In this document: positions 27,176 through 36,746 of the stretch, in pieces | Layout of the letters: the number at the start of each line of letters is the position of its first letter | Position numbering within the stretch: position 1 is the stretch's first letter | Assembly: GCA_002788135.1 (NCBI GenBank) | Contig: PFQT01000031.1 | Span: forward strand, 1-40,243 | DNA: 40,243 nt | Source of the DNA: Candidatus Yonathbacteria bacterium CG_4_8_14_3_um_filter_46_25 | GTDB lineage: Bacteria > Patescibacteriota > Minisyncoccia > Phycocordibacterales > UBA1539 | Direction of reading: 5' to 3' | Notes under the pieces: generated by a model | Database searches by the model: none | Seen by the model: only the letters and a program-made list of their open reading frames with translations | What the model was told of the DNA's origin: nothing | Translations under genes and position numbers: made by a program

Positions 27176-27901
27176 TCACCCGACACGCGGCATAGTAAGC
27201 GCGCCATGCTCGAGTATGGCCTTCACTGATGGCGCCCTTCCATTCATATATCCGCGATATTTCTGGATATCCTCAAGCGCGCGGCGCATTTCCAACGAAA
27301 GAATTCCTACTCCGTCCACCTGACGAGATACGACACATTCGAGCGCCCCCAAAAAAGAAATCGCCTTGTCTTTGTCTTTTTCCGCAACAATCTTTTCGAT
27401 GGAACGCAACCGGCTAACAGTATCTTCGCGTACGAACTTCCGCGCAAGTTCCATCGACCATTCAGATGGCGCAGATAACACTCGCGTGACCACCTGTAAC
27501 CGCGAACGCAATGTCGGCAACAAGACTTCAGCGCTGGGCATGATAAGAAAAAAGTAGGTCTGATCCGCCGGCTCTTCAAACATTTTAAGGAGAGAGTTTT
27601 GCGCTTCTTCCGTAATAAAGCGTGCGTGTATGACAAATATCCTTCTGTTGTGCATGATCGCCTTTCGTGATTGAAAGTCTTTCAGCACCCTTCCGTTATC
27701 AACTCCAAATTGCTCAAATGAATCGATCCAAATGTCCGGATTGTCATGTGTCGGAAAAAGTAATTTTGTTTCAAAAAAATCAAACAAGAGCGGCGAAATA
27801 TTTTCGTAATCACCCTCGATAAGATATGCATGGTGAAGCATGCCGCTCTTCTCGTATGCATCCACCATACCGCGTATATCTACAGCACGACTATCGTCCA
27901 T
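27176..27901 (-). CDS. holB: DNA polymerase III delta-prime-like clamp-loader subunit (short)
   Basis: HHAYLIEG, EAQNSLLKMFEEP, LLPTLRSR; no intact Walker A or zinc module; ATG at 27901. Confidence 0.75.
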   Translation of the reverse strand: MDDSRAVDIRGMVDAYEKSGMLHHAYLIEGDYENISPLLFDFFETKLLFPTHDNPDIWIDSFEQFGVDNGRVLKDFQSRKAIMHNRRIFVIHARFITEEAQNSLLKMFEEPADQTYFFLIMPSAEVLLPTLRSRLQVVTRVLSAPSEWSMELARKFVREDTVSRLRSIEKIVAEKDKDKAISFLGALECVVSRQVDGVGILSLEMRRALEDIQKYRGYMNGRAPSVKAILEHGALTMPRVG

Positions 27902-27902
27902 G

Positions 27903-28916
27903 TTATTTTTTCGCAATAATACTCTTTTTGTAGGTATCCAAGTGCTCAAGCGCTATCCCTGTGCCTTTTGCGACACAATACAGGGCGTCCTCGGCGAGTA
28001 TTGAGTGCACACCTGTTCTGCGGTGCACCAATTCGGGAAGATTGCGAAGCTGAGACGAACCGCCGGTCATAATGATCCCTTGATCAATAATATCAGCAGA
28101 AAGTTCCGGCGGAGTTTCTTGTAAAACATCCTTGATCGCCTTTATCATCTCCCGCAACTCTTTGTCAATCGCCTTCACGATCTCATTGGTACCGGCTTGC
28201 GCGCTCCGCGGCAGACCGGCGACAAAATCACGCCCCTTTATTTTCATGAAAAGCTCTTCTTCAAGCGGCACGGCAGAGCCAATTTGTATTTTTATCTCCT
28301 CGGCGGTTTTGTCGCCAATCGCGAGGTTAAACGTCTTTTTGATGTAGTCGGCAATCGCTTGATCGATTCGATTACCCGCGCATTTAACCGAAGTTGAAGA
28401 CACGATACCGCCGAGGGAAATGACGGCAACGTCCGTCGTTCCACCGCCAATATCGACGATCATGTGGCCACGCGCCTCATGGATCGGTATGCCGGCACCG
28501 ATTGCGGCAAGTATCGGTTCTTTCACCACATACGCGCTTTTTGCCCCGGCTTTCATGGTCGCTTCAACGACGGCACGGCGTTCCGTCGAAGAAACACCCG
28601 CAGGAACCGAAACCATCACCTCCGGCTTGAAAATATTCCATCTTCCAAGCGCTTTCCCGATATAATAACGGAGCATCGCTTCCGTCACTCGATAATCGGC
28701 GATCACCCCGTCACGCATTGGACGATAGGCAACGATGTTGTCAGGCGTTCTGCCAATCATTTCTTTCGCCTCAAGTCCAACCGCCAAAATTTTATTATCT
28801 TGTTCCGATACCGCGACAACGGATGGTTCATTCAGCACCACTCCTTTACCGGGAACGTAGACAAGGGTGTTCGCGGTTCCAAGATCTATGCCGAGTTTAT
28901 TCGAAAAGAAACTCAT
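27903..28916 (-). CDS. mreB: Second MreB/Mbl paralog
   Basis: GIDLGTANT, RPMRDGVIAD, DIGGGTTD, ETPPELSADI. Confidence 0.93.
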   Translation of the reverse strand: MSFFSNKLGIDLGTANTLVYVPGKGVVLNEPSVVAVSEQDNKILAVGLEAKEMIGRTPDNIVAYRPMRDGVIADYRVTEAMLRYYIGKALGRWNIFKPEVMVSVPAGVSSTERRAVVEATMKAGAKSAYVVKEPILAAIGAGIPIHEARGHMIVDIGGGTTDVAVISLGGIVSSTSVKCAGNRIDQAIADYIKKTFNLAIGDKTAEEIKIQIGSAVPLEEELFMKIKGRDFVAGLPRSAQAGTNEIVKAIDKELREMIKAIKDVLQETPPELSADIIDQGIIMTGGSSQLRNLPELVHRRTGVHSILAEDALYCVAKGTGIALEHLDTYKKSIIAKK

Positions 28917-28964
28917 TGTGATCTATGTATATCAGCTCCGAACAGAAATGGCAATAGACAAGCG

Positions 28965-30413
28965 CTAGTACGGATTTGGTGCGAACACACCCGTTGACAT
29001 TGTCGATGTTGGAATTGTCACTTCTTGCATTAGGAGCTTTTGAAGTTCTTCTGTTGTTATCGCGTCTTTTGGCGCTTCGATAGAAACGTTTCCATTCACC
29101 TCTTTGAGAACATATTCAATCTGTACCGATCCGGAAACATCAGCGCCGGCGATACTAAATTGACCCATCTCCGCGACCGTCTTCACCCGGTAAATGTAGA
29201 GATTATCCGTTCCAACCCACACATTGGTTTCGACAAGAGAGAGCACTTGCGCAATCACTGTTTTTTCTTCGTCAGTCATTGGCTCAATCGAATCGTCAGC
29301 AGGCACATCAAGGTGCTTTTCCCTTACGGTATTCACCATTTTTTCAAACTCATTGACAAGAATGGTTGCGTCATCGGTCGAAAGCGCGATCCGGTAATGA
29401 TGCAAGGGGACCCCATCGATAACCTCATCGTCAAGAGCCGTGATCGACCGTTCAATGATTTGTTGAAATTCGGAAGAGAGTAAATAATCTACGACCATTA
29501 CCCGAACATCTTTCCGGACTGATTCCACATCAAAAGACGGAGTTATTGAAGGACTTTCAATGTCCATGTTTTCATCTTCAATCTGCGAAGCAACAAAATC
29601 GGCGGTGTTGAAAACAATCCATGTATCTTTCATGTTTGACACGTTTATGAACGGAATATCGCTCACATCGTTGAGTCGAAAATATCCGGAGTTATTAACG
29701 GACAAAAAATCAAAATTCAACTCAAAGTGCGCCGGAAACATTCCGATCGTTTCATCGATCTCAAAGTCGTTCGAAGTTCTGAGATCGGCATCTTGAACAT
29801 CGCCGCTCCGTTTCGCAAGAGCACCATCGGTAGTAAGTTTCGCCGAGTACGTTATTTTGCCAAAACTGGATGGATCAATGAACGGAGTTTCAGCCGCGGA
29901 ATCCATTGCCGAAGTACCTGTTACCGCCTGTTCCATAATCCCATCAGCAGAAAGCGTAACGGAAAATGTTGCAGAATCCATGTTCTTGTTAAACGCCGCC
30001 ATAAGTACCTCCGCCGGTGTCATGCTCTTTTTGCCAAAAAACGCAAAGTATGCAAACGCTGATCCGCCGACAAGAACAACCCCGATGATGATCGCGATAA
30101 CACCGATTGTTGCCCGAAATCCGCTCCCCTTTCCGCGCGTACTGAGAGAACCAGCAAGTACGCTCCCCACGCCGGGTGTCGGACGCGAAAAAAGACGCTG
30201 ACCGGAATTCTGCGGCGAAGACATGGTAGCGGTCTTGTTTATTGAAGGAGGAGTACCCATTGGACGATTGTTCAAAACAAGCTGTTGCATCGCTTCGACT
30301 ATGTCGGCATCATTCCACCCGCCTTGACTTCTCAAGGCATTTTTTATCTCTCCTTCACTGGTACCATTATCAAGTTGTTGTTTGATATACGCGCGCAATT
30401 CTTCTGTCACCAT
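28965..30413 (-). CDS. Hypothetical bitopic membrane protein with a small N-terminal helical domain and a large extracellular beta-rich domain
   Basis: N-terminal LRAYIKQQL..G.SE.EIKNAL..GW...DI..A, Pro/Ser/Gly linker, single TM, acidic C-terminal domain ending in V.IEAP. Confidence 0.8.
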   Translation of the reverse strand: MVTEELRAYIKQQLDNGTSEGEIKNALRSQGGWNDADIVEAMQQLVLNNRPMGTPPSINKTATMSSPQNSGQRLFSRPTPGVGSVLAGSLSTRGKGSGFRATIGVIAIIIGVVLVGGSAFAYFAFFGKKSMTPAEVLMAAFNKNMDSATFSVTLSADGIMEQAVTGTSAMDSAAETPFIDPSSFGKITYSAKLTTDGALAKRSGDVQDADLRTSNDFEIDETIGMFPAHFELNFDFLSVNNSGYFRLNDVSDIPFINVSNMKDTWIVFNTADFVASQIEDENMDIESPSITPSFDVESVRKDVRVMVVDYLLSSEFQQIIERSITALDDEVIDGVPLHHYRIALSTDDATILVNEFEKMVNTVREKHLDVPADDSIEPMTDEEKTVIAQVLSLVETNVWVGTDNLYIYRVKTVAEMGQFSIAGADVSGSVQIEYVLKEVNGNVSIEAPKDAITTEELQKLLMQEVTIPTSTMSTGVFAPNPY

Positions 30414-30443
30414 AAAAAATTAAAAAAATAATCGAGTAAAAAA

Positions 30444-31775
30444 CTATCTAAGACGTTTGATGTCGACACCGATCGCGCGCAATTTTTTTTCAACGTGATC
30501 ATATCCGCGGTCGATGTTGTATACATTATGAATGATTGAAATTCCTTTTGCAATAATTGCGGCGATGACAAACGCAAGTCCCGCGCGCAGGTCGGGGCTT
30601 TCGAGTGTTTTTCCATGAAGTGATGATGGCCCTTTCACGATAATCCGGTGCGCATCCATCGCAATTATATCAGCACCCATGCTCGCAAGCGCTTCTGCGT
30701 ATCCAAGACGCCCTTCAAATATTGTTTCAAAAACTTTCCCCTCGCCTTCGGTTTGCGTAAGAAAAACGGTCATAGGCGCCTGCAGGTCTGTCGGGAATCC
30801 GGGATACTCGTGAGTCTTGAGATCGAACGATTTTAAAGTACCTTGCTCGCCCGTGACCGTTACCGTGTCTCCGGATACGACAATACCGACACCGGAATCA
30901 CGAAGGAGCTCTATCAGAAGCTCGAGATGCCAAGGGTTACAATTGGTTATTTTCACATCCTTCCCGGCGAGTGCCGCAAGAATGAGGTAGCTCCCCGCCT
31001 CAATCCGATCCGGCAAAACGCGGTGAGGAGAAAGGGCGGTAAGTAATCCTCCTCCACATATCCTGATCGTAGTTGTGCCAATACCCGTTATCGAAGCACC
31101 GCCATCAATAAGAAATTTAGCCAAGTCCTCAATCTCCGGTTCAAGCGATGCGTTCTTGATCACCGTTTCACCGGAGGCAAGCACCCCAGCCATCATGAAT
31201 GTTTCGGTAGCGGTCACACTCTGTTGTCGCATGTGTATCGTCGTTCCCGTAAGTGTTCCTCCGGTAGCGGTGAAAAGATAGCGTCCTTTCGATTCTTTTA
31301 TCTGCGCACCCATCTTTCTAAAGCCATCAAGAAATATATCAATTGGACGCTCGCCGATAAGGCACCCTCCGGGATGGGGAAAAGAAACCTTGCCGAACCG
31401 CGCAAGAAGCGGCCCCGAGAGCACGATCGACGCGCGAAATCTTTTCGAAATATCATCAAGGAGTGAGGTGCTGCAGCGCCTGCCTACACGAAGATCATAC
31501 ACGCCTGTTTTCTTTTTTGACACAACAACCCCGATAGCGTTAAGCAGGTCTGACATTCGTTTAATATCTTCTATTTCGGGAACATTCTCAAGAATTACTT
31601 TGTTCTTAAAAAGAACCGACGCCGCCATAAGTTTAAGCGCGGCATTTTTTGCGCCACCAATAATAACCTCGCCTGAAAGCGCGCGTTTCCCGCCAAGCCC
31701 GTTTATCACGAATCGCGAATTCTCGTTTGTTCTAGAAATGTGTCGGCTTCTTATACTCCGCGGAGATCTTTTCAT
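30444..31775 (-). CDS. murA: UDP-N-acetylglucosamine 1-carboxyvinyltransferase
   Basis: GAKNAAL, PGGCLIGERP (active-site Cys), PGFPTDLQ, DLRAG, IDRGY. Confidence 0.96.
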   Translation of the reverse strand: MKRSPRSIRSRHISRTNENSRFVINGLGGKRALSGEVIIGGAKNAALKLMAASVLFKNKVILENVPEIEDIKRMSDLLNAIGVVVSKKKTGVYDLRVGRRCSTSLLDDISKRFRASIVLSGPLLARFGKVSFPHPGGCLIGERPIDIFLDGFRKMGAQIKESKGRYLFTATGGTLTGTTIHMRQQSVTATETFMMAGVLASGETVIKNASLEPEIEDLAKFLIDGGASITGIGTTTIRICGGGLLTALSPHRVLPDRIEAGSYLILAALAGKDVKITNCNPWHLELLIELLRDSGVGIVVSGDTVTVTGEQGTLKSFDLKTHEYPGFPTDLQAPMTVFLTQTEGEGKVFETIFEGRLGYAEALASMGADIIAMDAHRIIVKGPSSLHGKTLESPDLRAGLAFVIAAIIAKGISIIHNVYNIDRGYDHVEKKLRAIGVDIKRLR

Positions 31776-31869
31776 GAAAAAGATTATACACCGGACGCAT
31801 CGTCAATGCCACCGCTTGATTATCTCCAAATATTTCCTTTTGTGAACTTTTTGTATATTATAGGGAAAT

Positions 31870-32619
31870 ATGAAAAAAATGTTTTACCGTAAAGAGGCCA
31901 CTCTGTTCGCGTTTATTGGCGTTATCTCGCTCGCGATTCTTGTGTATGGATACCAGTCATCGGCGAACCTTGGAGCAATAACCGTCCATGTTCCTTACGC
32001 GAACACCGCGGTTTTTTGGAATAATGAAGAAGTGCGCCTCACGACCGCCACCGACCAAGAAGTCGTTGTCGGACGAGTTGCTCCCGGCGAACAATCGGTT
32101 CTGGTATACAAAGAAGGATACTACCCATGGGAAAAAACCTTGTATATGAGAGAAGGAGAAAAAGCGGATATATTCCCTTTTTTGGTGCGGGAGAACCCCG
32201 GCCAACATGAAGTCGATCCAGCGATATTCGCAAATGTGATTCCTCCAAACGGGAAAAAAGTTTCAGCGAGCGGTGCGATAGCGGTCGATAATGCCAATGG
32301 CAAAATATACGCAATCCGGCTTACTGACGACAAATCAACCCTCTTTTGCGGTTATGAACACGAAACAGAAACATGCTACGAGACGGTAGTAGTGCTCGAC
32401 ATTCAGCAAACCATCAACAATGTTGACTTTTACCCCGACAGAGACGATGTTATTCTTTTCTCTACGAAAGACGGGCTCTACGCGATCGAGATCGATGGAC
32501 GCGGAACACGAAATTTCCAGCCAATCTATGAAGGCTCGACCGATGGATTCTTAGTCGATAAACGCACCTCATCCATTTACGTCAAAAACGGACAATCATC
32601 CTTTCAGGTACTTCCTTAA
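31870..32619 (+). CDS. Membrane-anchored PEGA-like domain protein
   Basis: N-terminal TM, then GAITV...PGEQSVLVYKEGYYPWEK (PEGA-like) and a beta-rich C-terminus. Confidence 0.7.
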   Translation: MKKMFYRKEATLFAFIGVISLAILVYGYQSSANLGAITVHVPYANTAVFWNNEEVRLTTATDQEVVVGRVAPGEQSVLVYKEGYYPWEKTLYMREGEKADIFPFLVRENPGQHEVDPAIFANVIPPNGKKVSASGAIAVDNANGKIYAIRLTDDKSTLFCGYEHETETCYETVVVLDIQQTINNVDFYPDRDDVILFSTKDGLYAIEIDGRGTRNFQPIYEGSTDGFLVDKRTSSIYVKNGQSSFQVLP

Positions 32620-32639
32620 GCACATAGAGAGATTAATAT

Positions 32640-34538
32640 ATGAAGATCGTAAACGTACATCCTCTTTCAAAAGGCGTTTTCAAAGAAATCCTTTCTTATT
32701 TCACCTCGAAGCCTGTCGAGGTCGGCAGTATTGTAACAGTCGAAATACGAAAGAAAAAAGTACCAGCGCTTGTGATCTCCGTCGAGGAAACGCGCTCCGC
32801 AAAGCTCGAACTTCGGAGTGCGCCATACACGATGAAAAAAATTGACGAATTCAAAGGAGAAAAATTCTATCTTCCGGAGTTTGTTGCTGCCGCCAAGGAG
32901 ACCGCGCGGTATTTCGTTGCCACTACAGGCGGGATACTGCAGTCTCTCACCCCAAAGATAATACTCCTGGAGTACCAAAAACTTCATGGCGACATTACCC
33001 CCCGACACAGCGCGGAAACCAATCTTGCACAAGAAAAGTTTCTTCTGCAGGCAAGCGATAAGGAGCGATTCGCTATTTACAAAAGCATTATTCGAGAGGA
33101 ATTCGCGAAACAATCGTCCGTATTTCTCTGTATGCCGACGATAGAGGATGTAAAAACAATCATGGACTCGCTTGAACGAGGCATTGAGGAATATACGTTC
33201 ATCCTCCATAGAGAGCTGAAGAAAAGCGAGCTTATCACGTCATGGAAAAAAATCCTCATGAAAAACCACCCTGTGCTTATCATCGCCACGAGTTCTTTTT
33301 TCTCGGTTCCGCGGTCCGATATTGGAACGATCATCGTCGACAAGGAGAATTCGCACTCATACAAAACACTGACGCGTCCATTCTTTGACATAAGAAAATT
33401 CGCCGAAATATTCGCGAAACAAGCGGGAGTAAAACTTATCTTCGGAGATATTTTCTTGCGGCCGGAAACACTCCAGCGAAGAGAGTCTGGAGAATTCACT
33501 GACTGGAGTCCGCTCAAATTCCGCTCGCTCTCAACCGCAAAACAAATACTGGTCGATGCCAAAAAAGACCGTAGCGAAGCGCCTAGGAAACAATTTCGCG
33601 CGCTCGGAGATGAGATGCTTAAAATGGTCACTGATGGAAAAGCCGAGAACGAACACTCGTTCATCTTTGTCGCACGACGCGGGCTTTCTTCCATAACCGT
33701 CTGCAACGATTGCGGTACTGTGGTAAGATGCGGAAGTTGTGATACCCTGATGGTGCTCCACAAAGGCACACAAGAAAACGTGTTCTTATGCCACAAGTGC
33801 GGCGAAATGCTGAGTGGAAGCGTAAAATGCCGTGCCTGCGACAGCTGGCGCTTGACCGATCTCGGAATCGGAATCGAGAAAGTGGAAATGGAACTTTCAA
33901 AAAAAATTCCGGGCATAAAGATATTTCGCGTTGACGGCGATTCGACAAAAACGCGCAAGGCGGCAATCGAGATGGTAAAAAATTTCTTCTCCGCCCCGGG
34001 GAGCGTCCTACTCGGAACGGAAATGGCGCTCCATTATCTCGGGAAAGAAATTGACAATGTTGGCGTTGCGAGCATCGACTCGCTTTTTTCGCTCCCTGAC
34101 TTTCGCATCGGAGAAAAGATATTCAACCTGCTTACCACTCTTCGCGCAAAAGCAACAAAACGCTTCGTAATTCAAACACGAAATGCGGAAGATAAAATAT
34201 TCGAACACGCACTGCGCGGGAATATCATGGATTTCTATCGCGATGAGATAACCGCCCGAGAGACATTCGGCTATCCACCGTTCAAAACGCTCATAAAAAT
34301 ATCCCACTTCGGCGGCGAAGGCATCGCTACACGGGAAATGGAGAAGCTCGAAACTGTGCTGGCGCGCTACAAGCCGGTGGTGTTCAGCGGCTTCGCGCCG
34401 AAACGCGGCGGTAAACGCGCGGTAAACATGCTCATCAAGCTCACCCCCGACGCATGGGTCGACGAAAACCTCTTGGAAATTCTGCGAGGACTTCCGCCTT
34501 CTTTCATCGTCAATATTGATCCTGAAGATCTGCTCTGA
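32640..34538 (+). CDS. priA: Primosomal protein N' (PriA) with degenerate helicase motifs
   Basis: N-terminal 3'-binding domain, RRG..CNDC..CGSC..CHKC..CRAC, GIGIEKV, LPDFR, IQT, YPPF. Confidence 0.85.
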   Translation: MKIVNVHPLSKGVFKEILSYFTSKPVEVGSIVTVEIRKKKVPALVISVEETRSAKLELRSAPYTMKKIDEFKGEKFYLPEFVAAAKETARYFVATTGGILQSLTPKIILLEYQKLHGDITPRHSAETNLAQEKFLLQASDKERFAIYKSIIREEFAKQSSVFLCMPTIEDVKTIMDSLERGIEEYTFILHRELKKSELITSWKKILMKNHPVLIIATSSFFSVPRSDIGTIIVDKENSHSYKTLTRPFFDIRKFAEIFAKQAGVKLIFGDIFLRPETLQRRESGEFTDWSPLKFRSLSTAKQILVDAKKDRSEAPRKQFRALGDEMLKMVTDGKAENEHSFIFVARRGLSSITVCNDCGTVVRCGSCDTLMVLHKGTQENVFLCHKCGEMLSGSVKCRACDSWRLTDLGIGIEKVEMELSKKIPGIKIFRVDGDSTKTRKAAIEMVKNFFSAPGSVLLGTEMALHYLGKEIDNVGVASIDSLFSLPDFRIGEKIFNLLTTLRAKATKRFVIQTRNAEDKIFEHALRGNIMDFYRDEITARETFGYPPFKTLIKISHFGGEGIATREMEKLETVLARYKPVVFSGFAPKRGGKRAVNMLIKLTPDAWVDENLLEILRGLPPSFIVNIDPEDLL

Positions 34539-34564
34539 CGTGCCGCACTATAATGACGCGGAAA

Positions 34565-34594
34565 GAATGGTCTTTTGTAGGAAAATGACCATTC
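34565..34594 (+). terminator. Hairpin after priA
   Basis: GAATGGTC...GACCATTC inverted repeat followed by CTTT. Confidence 0.45.
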
Positions 34595-34609
34595 CTTTAT
34601 ATCTTGCAG

Positions 34610-35241
34610 TCAACCTTCTAACGCAACGGATGATATACTCGCTCCGTACGAAACAAACAACCTATCGATAGCTCTCCGCCATATACCATCTCTCACTTTT
34701 CTTTCCGGGTCGTCCATCGTTGTAAGGCAACGGTTTGCCAAATCTTTTCTTTTGAACGATGATCCCCAATACTCCTGCTGGTTCAGTTCCTGTGCGTACG
34801 CCGAAAATCGATGAACGATGAGCCGGCATCATCGCGTCTCTTTTCAATATCGCCGAACGTCCGCAGGATATCTTCCTTCTTGACAGATATTTTTTCACTT
34901 ACGTGTCGTTATTAGTTTGTTTTCGACGCGGAGTGAACTCCCACAAACTCGCGAAAACACTCCCCCTATGATCAAACGAGTGAGCATGAGTAATTCACGA
35001 TTGATACCGACTCAAATATACTTTGCTCATCTTGCGTCCCCTTGGGAACAAAGCACGAGTGAGAACACCAGCGATCTCATTCGGCAATACACCCCCAAAG
35101 ACCCGGAGCTTGATAAGATATCCACCCGAGATATTAAACGCGTCCAGTGTCAGTTCAACGACCACCCTCGCGCCGTCCTCAATTTCTACAAACCCGATAA
35201 AGTATTTAACAAACTCGTTGCGTTAAAAATTTGAGATCGCC
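34610..35241 (+). mobile_element. Internally deleted IS30-family relic
   Basis: Decayed C-terminal IS30 transposase (YFAH..SPWE.STSENT..LIRQY.PK...N..PR..L....P...VAL). Imperfect inverted repeats at 34610-34627 and 35217-35234 (15/18). Confidence 0.72.
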
Positions 35242-35459
35242 TAAGAACAAACCTTAAAACTCTTTCTGTCCCGCGTCTTTCACGAACCGGGCCGCTTTGC
35301 AAGCGACGTTGCTTGAAGATCATAGATGCTATTTATGGGGACAAGTGCCGCACTGTAGAGTTACCCATACCAGTAATGATATTGCGCCCCCGCATATGAT
35401 ATGATAAAAATGAATGAGTTTTTGTTCACGCGCGTACGCGCGCACAGAAGACACTTGAA

Positions 35460-35684
35460 ATGAAACATAGAGAAAGAAGACAAGCGGCAACCATGCAGAC
35501 GGTGAAAGATGCGAGTCTTGCAGAGCTCAACATCCTCCTTGCGAACGAGCGATCCATGATCGAAACTGTCCGCGAGGAAGCGTTGCGCCGCCGTACCTTG
35601 CTTATTAACATACGGCATCAGTGGAACGGCAAAAAAACCGCTCCGACAGATAACAACTCAATGTCCCGTGCTTCCGCCAATTGA
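35460..35684 (+). CDS. Small hypothetical helical protein
   Basis: 74-aa ATG ORF in an otherwise empty interval; no recognised motif. Confidence 0.35.
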   Translation: MKHRERRQAATMQTVKDASLAELNILLANERSMIETVREEALRRRTLLINIRHQWNGKKTAPTDNNSMSRASAN

Positions 35685-35858
35685 CGCAGTAGCGTGGAAC
35701 TCTTCTTGTTTTGAGAAGGAAAATAATTCTAGCGCGAAGAGACATCCTCTGGTGAGGCGGCACAATAAGATCTCTCGCGCGCGCTCGCGTGGGGAAGCGA
35801 AAAGAAGTATGACAGGCATCTTTTTATCCCTCTTAATCCGCAGTGAAAATAAAGCAAC

Positions 35859-36401
35859 ATGGTTGAAATAGTGCAAAAAGAAAATAGCATATTGCGAAAA
35901 GCCACCGAAGAAGTCCCTCTCGGGGATATCACGGGCGCACAAATAAAAAAAACGCTGGCGGATATGAAAGAGGCGCTTGATTCGCAAGACGATGGCGTGG
36001 CAATCGCAGCTCCGCAAATCGGCGTTTCTCTCCGCATTTTCATCGTTTCGCGAAAAGTATTTACCATGAAAGAAAAAGACAACGAGATCGAAAAATCAAA
36101 AACAAAAAACGCCACTGGCAACAACCTTGTTTGCATCAACCCTGTCATTACGGGAACGTCAAAAAAACAATTGTGGTTGGACGAGGGATGCCTTTCAGTA
36201 CGCTGGCTTTACGGCAAAGTAAAGCGCGCGGAGAAAGCGACGATAAGAGCATACAATGAATATGGCAAGCTCTTCACCCACGGCGGAAGCGGACTTCTCG
36301 CGCAGATATTCCAACACGAAACTGATCATCTTAATGGCATCCTCTTCATCGACAAAGCAAAAGATATCGAGGAAATCAAACCGGAGAATATTCAAGATTG
36401 A
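35859..36401 (+). CDS. def: Peptide deformylase
   Basis: GVAIAAPQIG, EGCLS, QHETDHLNG. Confidence 0.96.
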   Translation: MVEIVQKENSILRKATEEVPLGDITGAQIKKTLADMKEALDSQDDGVAIAAPQIGVSLRIFIVSRKVFTMKEKDNEIEKSKTKNATGNNLVCINPVITGTSKKQLWLDEGCLSVRWLYGKVKRAEKATIRAYNEYGKLFTHGGSGLLAQIFQHETDHLNGILFIDKAKDIEEIKPENIQD

Positions 36402-36436
36402 TCAACTCCTGCCGATAGTGAACAAACATCGGATAT

Positions 36437-36550
36437 CTACGATATGATCATCGTGTCGTCTTTTTGTTTCTTTCTCCTTCCCAAAAAAATAATCACGATG
36501 ATCGCGGCGACAAACACGACGACGATGACCGATAGGAATGTAGCCGCCAT
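36437..36550 (-). CDS. Possible 37-aa single-TM microprotein or gene remnant
   Basis: Hand translation MAATFLSVIVVVFVAAIIVIIFLGRRKKQKDDTMIIS*: hydrophobic helix followed by a basic tail. Confidence 0.35.
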   Translation of the reverse strand: MAATFLSVIVVVFVAAIIVIIFLGRRKKQKDDTMIIS

Positions 36551-36746
36551 GCCATATCTTGCACTGTCTGCGTCGCAACGAACGGTATATTCAGCCGTTG
36601 GCTTTTCGAGCGTATATGAGGTGAGCTAGTAATGGAAGATGCAAAAAAATCCGACAGTTGTTGAGAGCAGAACGATTACTGGCAAAGTATAGTATAAAAA
36701 ATGGTAATTAGTTTGAAACTATTCACTAAAAGTATATCATTGCCCC

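Noticed and set aside
33077..33958. Long antisense and alternative-frame ORFs (e.g. 293 aa opposite priA, 259 aa opposite mraZ/lysS, 219 aa opposite mreB)
   Set aside because: They are shadow ORFs of well-supported genes, with no motifs and atypical composition.
35429..35442. 14-bp palindrome CGCGCGTACGCGCG
   Set aside because: It is a low-complexity CG alternation with no second copy or supporting context.
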